Positions 24,524 through 33,882 of a stretch of DNA of 64,000 nucleotides are shown in pieces. Every line of letters begins with the position of its first letter. Position 1 is the first letter of the stretch. Location: contig JAFEBM010000013.1 of NCBI GenBank assembly GCA_018242685.1, positions 30,007 through 94,006 of the forward strand. Direction: 5' to 3'. Both the position numbers and the translations under genes were made by a program. Source of the stretch: Nitrospira sp. Its GTDB lineage: Bacteria; Nitrospirota; Nitrospiria; Nitrospirales; Nitrospiraceae. The notes beneath the pieces are model-generated. The model was not told the origin of the DNA. It was given only the letters and a program-made list of their open reading frames with translations, and made no database searches.

Positions 24524-24761
24524 GACCGGCCTCACGTTGTGCCTTGTGGTCTGTCGACGAAGCCGAGCTGGTTGTTGACTCGTCTGCATTATGACGCAGG
24601 ATGATCAAAAAGACCGCCCGCAAGACCGCCGAGAACTCACGGCGCGATGAATAAATGGCGCCATGTTTGTTACGCGCCCGCCGGTCAGTGAGCGGGCAGT
24701 GTCCCTATCGAGGGGTATTGTTGCGGCGAGAACGAAGCGGGCCGTTTTTTTCCGCATCCTG

Positions 24762-25037
24762 CTATGAATTGACGTATTTCTTGAACACCTGGCTTGGCCG
24801 AAACGTCACCACTCGACGGGGGGTAATCCCAATTTCTTCTCCAGTTCGAGGATTTCGTCCCTTACGGGCCCCCTTGCTGCGCACAATAAAATTTCCAAAC
24901 CCCGCGATCTTGACCGATTCTCCCTTCTGCAAGACAGATTTCACCAAATTCAGTACAAACTCGACGATATCAGCGGCTTCATTTTTTGAGATACCGACCT
25001 GCTTGAAAATTTCGTCAGCGATATCCGCCTTTCTCAT
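24762..25037 (-). CDS. ihfA: Integration host factor subunit alpha (HU/IHF family)
   Basis: MRKADIADEIFKQVGISKNEAADIVE...GFGNFIVRSKGARKGRNPRTGEEI. Confidence 0.9.
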   Translation of the reverse strand: MRKADIADEIFKQVGISKNEAADIVEFVLNLVKSVLQKGESVKIAGFGNFIVRSKGARKGRNPRTGEEIGITPRRVVTFRPSQVFKKYVNS

Positions 25038-25116
25038 GCCACCCCCCTACGTGACCACTGCAACTCGCCGCGTTTCTGTCCGACCGACTTCCCTCTCAAT
25101 GCGATGAGTTTTGCTT

Positions 25117-25145
25117 AAGTTACGTGAGGTTACGACACCTGTCAA
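25117..25145 (-). promoter_or_regulatory. Candidate sigma-70 promoter for ihfA
   Basis: The minus strand reads TTGACA-N17-TAACTT, about 80 nt upstream of the ihfA ATG. Confidence 0.35.
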
Positions 25146-25177
25146 GAATAAATTTGGCGAATGCTTACGAAAATACT

Positions 25178-26827
25178 CTAGTCCTTGTCCAGAAGTTTGT
25201 ATTCGATGCTATCTGCGAGAGCCTGCCACGTCGCCTCGATGATGTTTTCCGAGACCCCGACCGTCCCCCACTTATCTTTGTGGTCTCCCGATTCGATCAA
25301 GACACGCACTTTTGATTCGGTCCCCCGATTGGCCGCCAGCACACGCACCTTATAGTCAAGCAGCTTCACTTCGCGAAGCTGAGGATAGAATTTTTCCAAT
25401 GCCTTGCGCAGCGCATGGTCGAGCGCGTTGACCGGTCCGGTCCCGACAGCCGCCGTATGTTCGACTGCGTCACCGACCTTGACCATCACCGTGGCCTCGG
25501 AAAGAGGCGTCCCATCTTCCTGCTTCTTTTCAACAATCACGCGAAAGCCGAGTAATTGAAACGAGGGCCTATGGCTCCCCATCGCCTTCCGCATCAGCAA
25601 TTCGAACGATCCTTCGGCGCCTTCGAATTGATAACCCTGGCTCTCACGGTCTTTCAGCGTATGGATCAGTTCATCGACTTTGGAATGGTTCCTCGGAAGC
25701 TTGATGCCATAGGCTTCTATCTTGTCCAGAAGACCGCTTCGGCCTCCATAGTCGGAGATCAGCATCCGCTGTCGATTCCCGACTTTGGTCGGATCGACAT
25801 GTTCGTAGGTAGCCGAATTCTTCAGCACCGCATGAATATGGACTCCGCCTTTGTGAGCAAACGCGGCGTCGCCGACATAGGGTTGATGTTTGTTCGGTAT
25901 CAGATTCGCGATCTCGGTAACGAAGCCCGACACATCTTTCAGATGGCTCAAGCGATCGGCTAAGGCGGGCCGCTTCATCTTCAACTCTAAATTGGGAATG
26001 ATCGAGCAAAGATTCGCGTTTCCACATCGCTCGCCAATCCCATTGATCGTCCCCTGCACCTGAACGATGCCGGTCTCGATCGCCACGAGAGAATTGGCCA
26101 CCGCCATTTCGCAGTCGTTATGCGCATGGATACCGAGCAGAACCTGACACTCGCTCTGAACCACGCGGCAAATTTCGCGGATCTCCCACGGCATCGTTCC
26201 CCCGTTGGTATCGCACAGGATCACTCGCTGAGCTCCGGCCTCTACCGCTTTTCTGATGGTGGCAAGCGCATACTCGGGATTGGTCTTGTACCCGTCGAAG
26301 AAATGTTCCGCATCGTAGAACACCCGGCGCCCTTTACCACGGAGGTATGCGATAGAGTCTGCGATCAATTCTAGATTCTTGTTCAGCGAGATGCCGAGGG
26401 CATCCGTCACATGGAAGGACCAGGTTTTCCCGAACAGAGTGATCGTTTTGGTTTCGGCACCGAGCAAGGCCTGAAGATTAGGGTCCTTGGCGGCACTGTT
26501 GCCGGCTTTCCTCGTAGAACCAAACGCGATGACTTCGGCATGCTTCAGTGGAATGGTTTTGATCATCCGAAAGAACTCAATGTCTTTCGGATTCGCCCCC
26601 GGCCAGCCGCCTTCAATGAAATGAACTCCCAGGCTATCCAACTTTTGCGCTATGAGAACTTTATCCTCCGCTGAAAAACTGACATCCTCCGCCTGAGCAC
26701 CATCGCGCAAGGTGGTGTCGTAGATTTCCAGCGATGTTGTCCGATCCGCAGACGGCTTTGTTCCAGGAACCGGCTGTTGCTCACGAGCAGCACGGGAAGC
26801 GGTGGATTGAGAGGTTTTGCGAGCCAT
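25178..26827 (-). CDS. cimA: (R)-citramalate synthase (LeuA-family, CimA type)
   Basis: LEIYDTTLRDGAQ and HAHNDCEMAVANSL. 549 aa with a LeuA_dimer-type C-terminus. CimA versus LeuA cannot be separated without phylogeny. Confidence 0.8.
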   Translation of the reverse strand: MARKTSQSTASRAAREQQPVPGTKPSADRTTSLEIYDTTLRDGAQAEDVSFSAEDKVLIAQKLDSLGVHFIEGGWPGANPKDIEFFRMIKTIPLKHAEVIAFGSTRKAGNSAAKDPNLQALLGAETKTITLFGKTWSFHVTDALGISLNKNLELIADSIAYLRGKGRRVFYDAEHFFDGYKTNPEYALATIRKAVEAGAQRVILCDTNGGTMPWEIREICRVVQSECQVLLGIHAHNDCEMAVANSLVAIETGIVQVQGTINGIGERCGNANLCSIIPNLELKMKRPALADRLSHLKDVSGFVTEIANLIPNKHQPYVGDAAFAHKGGVHIHAVLKNSATYEHVDPTKVGNRQRMLISDYGGRSGLLDKIEAYGIKLPRNHSKVDELIHTLKDRESQGYQFEGAEGSFELLMRKAMGSHRPSFQLLGFRVIVEKKQEDGTPLSEATVMVKVGDAVEHTAAVGTGPVNALDHALRKALEKFYPQLREVKLLDYKVRVLAANRGTESKVRVLIESGDHKDKWGTVGVSENIIEATWQALADSIEYKLLDKD

Positions 26828-27012
26828 GGGAAGAGAGGGTATCAGGAGCGGGGCTCCCCTGTCGAGCCGTCAAGGTCCGGGCAATTGCACAGTCACTGAG
26901 TTGATCAAGCTCCTTGGAAGAGGTGCAGCAGGTCTTTGGAAATGTCCGGTCATCACTTGTTCCAAGCTAATGGCGAATCTGTTCATATTGAACGACCGCC
27001 CTTTCGAGATGT

Positions 27013-30000
27013 TTACCCTGGCGACGCTCCAGGGGGATTGTTATAGGTGATCCGGAACACGGTATCCGTCAGCCACCGTTTGAAGGATTCGTTGTCCATG
27101 AATTGTTTGAAGAGTTCCGTGTCGTCCTTGAGGACAGCCGTCATCACGCGCGCGAGCGCCTTGTCGTGTTCAATACGGGCGTTCTGCTTGTCCGAGTTCT
27201 GCTTCGCATTCTGATAGGCGGTATCCGCTGCGACACGACTCGGTATGTCCTCGGTAATGAGTTTGTGCACACGGTCGGCGTCGGTCCAGGGAATGTTGCC
27301 GAATTGATCATTGAACGTCTTGAGAATGTTGGACAGTCGGTCAAGTTCCGGTTCGGCCTTATGGCCCCCGCCGGTCATCGGCACCGGCTCAATCTCCGCG
27401 TTCTCGTCGCGCAATTGAATCTTCATCGCCGCCTTCTTCTCGACACGATAGCTGTCCATATCAATCGCTTCGAGGATGCCTTTTGACAGATCCTCTTCCT
27501 TCGGCGCCGGCAGCTTGGGCACGAGGAAGGTCAGGAAGATCGACAGCGTTTCCCAGTCCGCGTTGGTATAGGGCAGTATCGAGGAGAGGAACCCATAGGC
27601 TCGCAAAAAAGCCTTGGCTTTGCCCTTGAAATCCACCTGCCCATCTTCGTCGAGTTGATTCTTATAGACGGCGACAGAGGCATCCAGGATTGGATCGAGC
27701 TTGTCCCGGTCGGCCCCGCTCAGGTACAGCCCCACAAGTTGGTCGATTTGTATTTGAGCGTAGACTTGATAGCCATCGAGCGTCGCCTTCAAGTCGTGGA
27801 GCTTATTGGGATCGGTCTCTTCAGAAAGGATCGTCGTGCGGTAGTAGTCGGCGAAGGCTTCTTGGATGGTGTCACTGTCGTTCATGAAATCGAGCACGAA
27901 TACGTCATGTTTCTGGGGATGTGCGCGATTCAGCCGAGAGAGCGTTTGCACCGCCTTGATTCCGGAGAGGATCTTGTCCACGTACATCGTGTGGAGCAGC
28001 GGTTCGTCGTACCCCGTTTGGAACTTGTCGGCGCAAATCAGGAAGCGGTAGGGGTCCTCCTGAATCTTGTCTACGATCTGGCTCGATGGAAAGCCGTTCA
28101 GCAATGCCTCCGTCACCTTGGAGCCACCGTATTCATGCTCGCCCGAAAAGGCGACGATAGCCTGATAGGGACTCTTGCGCTCTTTCAGATAGTCGCGGAA
28201 GGCCTGGTAGTACTGGATGGCCCGCTCGATTCCACTTGTCACCACCATCGCCCTGGCCTGTCCGCCGATCTTGTTCAGCGCCAGCACCTGCTCATGAAAA
28301 TGATCCACCATGATCTCGGCTTTGAGACGGATGGCGTGATCGTGGCTTTCGACGTACCGACGCAACTTCTTCCTTGCACGCTTGGTATCCAATTCCGGAT
28401 CGCCTTCTACCCTTTTAACGAGCTTGTAATAACTCTCAACCGGTGTGTAGTGCTTCAGTACGTCGAGAATGAAGCCTTCCTGGATCGCTTGCTTCATCGT
28501 GTAACTGTGGAACGGTCGGTGCCTGACCTTCCCTTCAACATCCGGCGGCAATGCCTCACCGAAGATTTCAAGCGTCTTGTTCTTGGGCGTCGCGGTGAAG
28601 GCGAAGTAGCTGGCGTTGGGCAGGAGTTTCTTGGCTTCCATGATCCGGTTGATCTTGTCCTCAGTGGTTTCGTCCTCCTCCTCGGCGCCGGCGGTCGAAA
28701 GCGCCATGCTGAGCGCCGCCGAGGTTCGCCCGCCCTGACTGGAATGGGCTTCGTCGATGATAATCGCGAACTTTTTTCCGCGCTGCTCGCTGCCGATCTC
28801 ATCCAGGATGAATGGAAACTTTTGGACCGTAGAGATGATGATCTTCTTCCCCTCGGCGATGAACTTGCGCAGGTCCCCAGAGTGCTCTGCATGCCCGACG
28901 GTGGCCCCGACCTGGGCAAACTGTTTGATGGTGTCGCGGATTTGCTTATCGAGGATACGCCGGTCTGTTACGACAATAATCGAGTCAAACGTCAGTACGT
29001 CATCTTTTTGTAGACCAATGAGTTGATGCGCAAGCCAAGCGATGGAATCGGATTTTCCGCTGCCTGCTGAATGTTGAACCAGATACCGTCGCCCCACCCC
29101 ATGCTGTCGTGCATCGGATAGAAGTTTGCGTACCACGTCGAGCTGGTGGAACCGGGGCCAGATCTGGACCGCCTTCTTTTTGCCGGTCTTCGCATTCTTC
29201 TCCTCGACGATCTGGGCGTAGTTCTCCAGAATGTCGGTCAGCCCGTCGCGTGTGAGGATCTTCCGCCACAGGTAATCGGTCTTGATGCCGTGAGGATTGG
29301 GCGGATTGCCAGCCCCGTCGTTCCAGCCGAGATTAAAAGGCAGAAACCACGAGCTTTTCCCTTTCAGATGCGTGCAGAACCGCACCTCATGATCGTCGAC
29401 CGCGAAGTGGACGATGCAGCGTCCGAACTCGAAGAGCTTCTCTCGCGGGTCGCGGTCGCGCTTATATTGCTCGACGGCGTCTTCAACCGTCTGCTTGGTC
29501 AGGCTGTTTTTGAGCTCGAACGTGGCGATGGGCAGACCGTTGAGGAACAGAGCGAAGTCGAGCGCCCGCTGTGTTTCATCACGACTGTAGCGGAGTTGAC
29601 GAGTAACAGAGAAACGGTTGGCGGCGTAAAGCGCTTGCGCCTTCTCATTGCCCAATGAGGGTGTGCCGAAGAACAGTTCGACATGATGCGGTCCGTCCTT
29701 CACGCCATGGCGCAGTACGTCGATCACGCCCCGTTTCGAGATCTCCCCTTGGAGTCTGGCCAGAAACCTACGACGGGTCGGGCTATCGTTAGCGAGATCG
29801 AGCGCTTCGGCAACTTTCGGCTGGGTGGTGTGTAAGAAGGCGCTGAGCTGCGGAAGGTCTACACAGAACTCGCGGTCGTAGTCCTCAGTTTGGCCAAGAA
29901 TCCAGCCGGTACCGCCGTATCGTTCCCGAATGAGGCTGACACCCTCATCGAGAGGCGGCGGCCCTCCGGCTGCTTGGCCGACCATCGCCGCGACGATGAG

Positions 30001-30036
30001 GCTTTCAAGACCCTTTTCGCTGGTGTCGATGTTCAC
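27013..30036 (-). CDS. hsdR: Type I restriction enzyme R subunit
   Basis: 1007 aa, GTG start. Helicase motifs HSAGSGKSDSIAW and IIIDEAHSSQGG. Adjacent to hsdS and hsdM. Confidence 0.92.
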   Translation of the reverse strand: MNIDTSEKGLESLIVAAMVGQAAGGPPPLDEGVSLIRERYGGTGWILGQTEDYDREFCVDLPQLSAFLHTTQPKVAEALDLANDSPTRRRFLARLQGEISKRGVIDVLRHGVKDGPHHVELFFGTPSLGNEKAQALYAANRFSVTRQLRYSRDETQRALDFALFLNGLPIATFELKNSLTKQTVEDAVEQYKRDRDPREKLFEFGRCIVHFAVDDHEVRFCTHLKGKSSWFLPFNLGWNDGAGNPPNPHGIKTDYLWRKILTRDGLTDILENYAQIVEEKNAKTGKKKAVQIWPRFHQLDVVRKLLSDARQHGVGRRYLVQHSAGSGKSDSIAWLAHQLIGLQKDDVLTFDSIIVVTDRRILDKQIRDTIKQFAQVGATVGHAEHSGDLRKFIAEGKKIIISTVQKFPFILDEIGSEQRGKKFAIIIDEAHSSQGGRTSAALSMALSTAGAEEEDETTEDKINRIMEAKKLLPNASYFAFTATPKNKTLEIFGEALPPDVEGKVRHRPFHSYTMKQAIQEGFILDVLKHYTPVESYYKLVKRVEGDPELDTKRARKKLRRYVESHDHAIRLKAEIMVDHFHEQVLALNKIGGQARAMVVTSGIERAIQYYQAFRDYLKERKSPYQAIVAFSGEHEYGGSKVTEALLNGFPSSQIVDKIQEDPYRFLICADKFQTGYDEPLLHTMYVDKILSGIKAVQTLSRLNRAHPQKHDVFVLDFMNDSDTIQEAFADYYRTTILSEETDPNKLHDLKATLDGYQVYAQIQIDQLVGLYLSGADRDKLDPILDASVAVYKNQLDEDGQVDFKGKAKAFLRAYGFLSSILPYTNADWETLSIFLTFLVPKLPAPKEEDLSKGILEAIDMDSYRVEKKAAMKIQLRDENAEIEPVPMTGGGHKAEPELDRLSNILKTFNDQFGNIPWTDADRVHKLITEDIPSRVAADTAYQNAKQNSDKQNARIEHDKALARVMTAVLKDDTELFKQFMDNESFKRWLTDTVFRITYNNPPGASPG

Positions 30037-30082
30037 GGGAAGCCTCGCATCAAGGACCCATCAAGTAACAGGCTACTGGCAT

Positions 30083-31516
30083 TCACGCCTCGGCCTCTTC
30101 GGGAACATCATCGAGATTGGAAGCCTGCGTTTCTTCGTCATTTTCCATAGGAGTTTCTGCTTCATCGAGCGACTCAGGCTCGCTGGTCTCATGCGGCAGC
30201 TTCGCCGCCGCCTCGCGGACGTCTAGCTTGCCTGTGACCACATCGACGATCAGGCGGGTGCGGTATTCGCGGAGGAGGGCGATTTCGGCACGAGCCCTTT
30301 CGATTGCAGCGTTGGGTTGAATGCATGCACGCTCAACAAGCGCCACAATCTTATCTTGCTCACTCCTTGGTGGCAGTATTAACCATAGGTTCTTGATGCG
30401 ATCCACGTTTACATGTGGCGCGGCTGCACCGATAACGTCTGCAGCTGCTTGGGCATACACATGCCTACAATTGATCTGCCACATGATATAGGCGGAACTA
30501 ACACGTTCGTGAATCCGAAAGGCCATCATCCGCTGGGATATGCACAACCGAACATCAGTGGGCACCAGGGCAGCAATGCCAAAACGCTCGCCTTCTCGCG
30601 TATAGAGAATGTCTCCAAAAGATGGAACCATTCTAGCCGTCCAACGGCGATAATGCTCTTCGTCAACACGGCGTGCTGATTTTAAGAGAAGTTCTCCAGG
30701 CCGAACATCCGCTGTGCGAATGGCTGGGTACTCACCGTCATCAGAGTAGACGGGAGTCGCATGAAGACAGTCGACAATTTCCGTAGCAACAAACTTGAGT
30801 CTCGTGACAGTCCAATGTTCCGGCACATCGCCGAGCCATTCGACACCGGAGGGCTTGAGGCGGACGTTAGGATCGAGGCCGCGGGTAACGGCCCGGTGAA
30901 TAATGGCCTGTTTCTGCTCCTCCAGCAGTCTGATCAGCTTTTGCTTAGCACGGACGTAGCGCCGAATTCGCCGGTCGGCATGGTCGAGAAAGCGGACAAT
31001 GGCGGCTTGCTCAGGGCACGAGGGAACAGCGAGTAGAATTTCTCGCATTCGCGACTCGGACAGATCCCACTGGCCAATTCGAACGCCATCAGATGCCTTG
31101 GCAAACGAGGGAACATATGCCTGCGATCGAATTGCCGTGTGAAAGAAACGACCTTCGACCCCTCGCAAATCAAATACGAAATACGCAGGGCTTACGATGC
31201 CTTGATACTCTGACACGCCATATGAGCCTTGCCATGCTTTCATCTTGTTCATGGCAAACTGACCACCGCTCACGACTTTATAGTTGCTTAGGTCGTCCGG
31301 TATAAAATTGTGGTTCTCTTCCGAACTGGATGTGTCCCGCAGAATCACTCCCTTCTCGCGAACGACCGATAGGAGAGGTAGATCAGTGCGATTGCGTTTG
31401 GTCACGCGCTCCAACATCTGCCGTAGTTTGGTGATCTCCCAATGCTCCGGCACCTCTCCCAGCCACGGCACGCCGGAATCCTTGTAGGCTGGATAGGGTT
31501 TGAGATCGGCGATCAC
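30083..31516 (-). CDS. hsdS: Type I R-M specificity subunit
   Basis: GTG start. Duplicated conserved spacers SGVPWLGEVPEHW and SGVEWLGDVPEHW flank two target-recognition domains. C-terminal coiled region ALLREYRTRLIVDVVTGKLDV. Confidence 0.9.
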   Translation of the reverse strand: MIADLKPYPAYKDSGVPWLGEVPEHWEITKLRQMLERVTKRNRTDLPLLSVVREKGVILRDTSSSEENHNFIPDDLSNYKVVSGGQFAMNKMKAWQGSYGVSEYQGIVSPAYFVFDLRGVEGRFFHTAIRSQAYVPSFAKASDGVRIGQWDLSESRMREILLAVPSCPEQAAIVRFLDHADRRIRRYVRAKQKLIRLLEEQKQAIIHRAVTRGLDPNVRLKPSGVEWLGDVPEHWTVTRLKFVATEIVDCLHATPVYSDDGEYPAIRTADVRPGELLLKSARRVDEEHYRRWTARMVPSFGDILYTREGERFGIAALVPTDVRLCISQRMMAFRIHERVSSAYIMWQINCRHVYAQAAADVIGAAAPHVNVDRIKNLWLILPPRSEQDKIVALVERACIQPNAAIERARAEIALLREYRTRLIVDVVTGKLDVREAAAKLPHETSEPESLDEAETPMENDEETQASNLDDVPEEAEA

Positions 31517-31721
31517 GAGTGTCGGTCATTTCCCATGGGTTGGGGCTGGTAGGGACGAAAAATGTTTCGCCCCTACGAAGATTGGGGATCCGTCCATCAT
31601 GTCCTCATGTTCTCCTCGCCGGCCGCGCAATATTCTTCGCTCCTGCTCCGGCCTGAGCATAATCGTACCCTTGCAATCGAATGGACCGCCGATGATGGCG
31701 TTGAGGATCGTACGGCGTCAT
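31517..31721 (-). pseudogene. Decayed REP-associated tyrosine transposase (RAYT / IS200-like Y1) remnant
   Basis: A 38-codon ORF (31605..31721, below the track cutoff) has an ATG overlapping the hsdM TGA (ATGA). It encodes MTPYDPQRHHRRSIRLQGYDYAQAGAGAKNIARPARRT. The HHRRSIRL.GYDY.QAGA start is the N-terminal signature I recall for RAYT-like transposases. A second frame gives ...VGAKHFSSLPAPTHGK over a GTAGGGGCGAAA/TTTCGTCCCTAC hairpin. The catalytic core is missing. Confidence 0.55.
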
Positions 31722-33706
31722 GCCTTCTCGTTCCCAATAATCTCACCGAGCAGTCCCTCCGTCTCTTTCTCCAGCGCCAGGATGTCGGCTCGTATCGCTT
31801 CAAGCGATCGCAGCGGCTGTGGTTTGTAGAAGTATCGCGTGAAGCTGATCTCGTAGCCGGTCTTGACGCTCTCCGCGTCGTACCAGGCGTCCGGTACGTG
31901 GGGCAGCACTTCGCGACGGATGAAGGCTTCGATGCCGCCATCTTCCAGCAACGGAATTTGTTCCGTATCCCGCAGTTCAGTATCCGGCTCGTAGTCGACG
32001 ACGGAGCGCTTGCCGTCGATAGTTGCTTCGAAGAGCCCGCGCAACGGATCAGCCTCAGCACCTTTCTTATGGATCTTCTTGATGACCGGCGGCGCGTTTT
32101 CATCCCGCTCGGCCGTCTCCTTGAGCGTCTTGATCTCTTTCGGACTGTACGCTTTGCCGGGATCAATCACCTTCAGGCGCAGCGGCCGTTCGACCGTGAC
32201 CTTCCAATAGCCGAAGGCCTCGTTGGAGAAGATCTTTGACTGCTCAGTCTCCTTGAAGTCGGTGAAGGTGTCGCAGATTTTCGTAATGTCTTCCTCCGAT
32301 AGCTCGCAGTTCTTCTTGCCGAGGTTCTTGCGCAATGGTTTGAACCACTGTGTGGCATCGATGAGCTGAACCTTACCCTTGCGATGTTCAGACTTCCGGT
32401 TTGTCAGTATCCAGATGTAGGTGGCGATGCCGGTGTTGTAGAACATGTTCAGAGGCAGGGCAACGATGGCTTCGAGCCAATCGTTCTCGATGATCCATCG
32501 GCGAATGTTGCTTTCGCCCTGGCCGGCGTCCCCCGTGAACAACGATGAGCCGTTATGGACCTCAGCAATGCGGCTGCCAAGCTTGGTCTTGTGCTTCATC
32601 TTCGACAGCATGTTGGCAAGAAAGAGCATTTGGCCGTCGCTGGATCGTGTGACCAGTGAATACTCCGCTTCTCCTGCATGCTGGATCATGAAACGCGAGT
32701 CTTTAATCCCTTCCTTCCCTCCCATGCGTTCGAGATCGCTCTTCCAGCTTTTCCCATACGGCGGATTCGAGAGCATGAAGTCGAATTCACGCGAAGGAAA
32801 GGCATCGTTCGCCAGCGTGGAATGTTCCGGTCCACCGACGATGTTGTCCGCCGCTTCGCCTTCCCCCTTCAATAGAAAGTCGGCTTTTGCAATGGCATAG
32901 GTCTCGGCATTGATCTCTTGCCCATAGAGATGAGTCGCTACCTTCTTCTTGTGCTCGCTCGCGAGTTGCTGCAGCGTGTCTTCTGCTACTGTGAGCATGC
33001 CACCCGTACCGCAGGCCCCGTCATAGAGCAGGTACGTCCCAGACTGAATGCGGTCCGCAATCGGCAGGAAGATCAGCTTCGCCATGAGCTTGACGGCATC
33101 GCGCGGAGTCCAGTGTTCACCGGCTTCTTCGTTGTTCTCTTCGTTAAATCGCCGGACCAGCTCTTCGAAGATCGTCCCCATCGCGTGATTATCAAGGCCC
33201 GGATGTTTCACCGATCCATCGGGATTCTTGACGGGATTGGGACTGAGATTGATGTCCGGCGAGAGGAACTTGTTGATCAGCGTTCCAAGGGCATCGGACT
33301 TTGAGAGGCGTGGAATCTGGTTTCGAAATTCAAACTTCTCCAAGATGTCTTGGACGTTGGGAGAGAACCCATCGAGGTAAGCCTCGAAATCAGCTCTGAG
33401 CTGCTGCTGACTCGCGCGAGATTTGAGATCGCGAAGTGTAAATTTTGACGTGTTGTAAAAATCTTGACCGGCTGCCTGCCGCAACGCCGGATCCTGATGA
33501 ACGACCTTGGCCTTATCCAGCGAAGCCTTCATGCCGAGTACCGCCTGCTTGGTCGACTCCAACACAGCGTCTAACCGACGAAGGACGGTCATCGGTAGAA
33601 TGACATCACGATATTTCCCACGCACATAGAGATCGCGCAGCACATCGTCTGCGATCCCCCAGATGAAGTTCGCAATCCAGTTCAGATCACCATTGCTCAT
33701 GGCCAT
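31718..33706 (-). CDS. hsdM: Type I R-M DNA methyltransferase subunit
   Basis: ORF 31718..33730. ATG at 33706 after AGAGGGGA gives MAMSNGDLNWIANFIWGIADDVLRD (HsdM_N). Motif I DGACGTGGML and motif IV LSNPPYG. Confidence 0.92.
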   Translation of the reverse strand: MAMSNGDLNWIANFIWGIADDVLRDLYVRGKYRDVILPMTVLRRLDAVLESTKQAVLGMKASLDKAKVVHQDPALRQAAGQDFYNTSKFTLRDLKSRASQQQLRADFEAYLDGFSPNVQDILEKFEFRNQIPRLSKSDALGTLINKFLSPDINLSPNPVKNPDGSVKHPGLDNHAMGTIFEELVRRFNEENNEEAGEHWTPRDAVKLMAKLIFLPIADRIQSGTYLLYDGACGTGGMLTVAEDTLQQLASEHKKKVATHLYGQEINAETYAIAKADFLLKGEGEAADNIVGGPEHSTLANDAFPSREFDFMLSNPPYGKSWKSDLERMGGKEGIKDSRFMIQHAGEAEYSLVTRSSDGQMLFLANMLSKMKHKTKLGSRIAEVHNGSSLFTGDAGQGESNIRRWIIENDWLEAIVALPLNMFYNTGIATYIWILTNRKSEHRKGKVQLIDATQWFKPLRKNLGKKNCELSEEDITKICDTFTDFKETEQSKIFSNEAFGYWKVTVERPLRLKVIDPGKAYSPKEIKTLKETAERDENAPPVIKKIHKKGAEADPLRGLFEATIDGKRSVVDYEPDTELRDTEQIPLLEDGGIEAFIRREVLPHVPDAWYDAESVKTGYEISFTRYFYKPQPLRSLEAIRADILALEKETEGLLGEIIGNEKA

Positions 33707-33882
33707 GATCCCCTCTAGGACAACTGACAAATGTTATTAAGAATTGCGTACTTCGGCGCAAGGATACCGGCTTTGGGAAAGGGGAACAAAGGTCGGATGA
33801 CATGGATTGCGGGCAAGTAGATGCGATAGCCCGCTCCTTAAACAACGGGGATTTAGCCGAATAGCAGGAGACCCGAACCGTT

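Noticed and set aside
27655-29013. 452-aa ORF antisense to hsdR
   Set aside because: It lies entirely inside the well-supported hsdR frame. Its composition is Leu/Arg/Asp/Val-rich with no motifs, as is typical of antisense ORFs in GC-rich coding DNA.
31562-32239. 225-aa plus-strand ORF spanning the hsdM-hsdS gap, and the 189-aa minus-strand ORF 31597..32166
   Set aside because: Both mostly overlap the hsdM C-terminal coding region in other frames. The spacer is better explained by the RAYT remnant.
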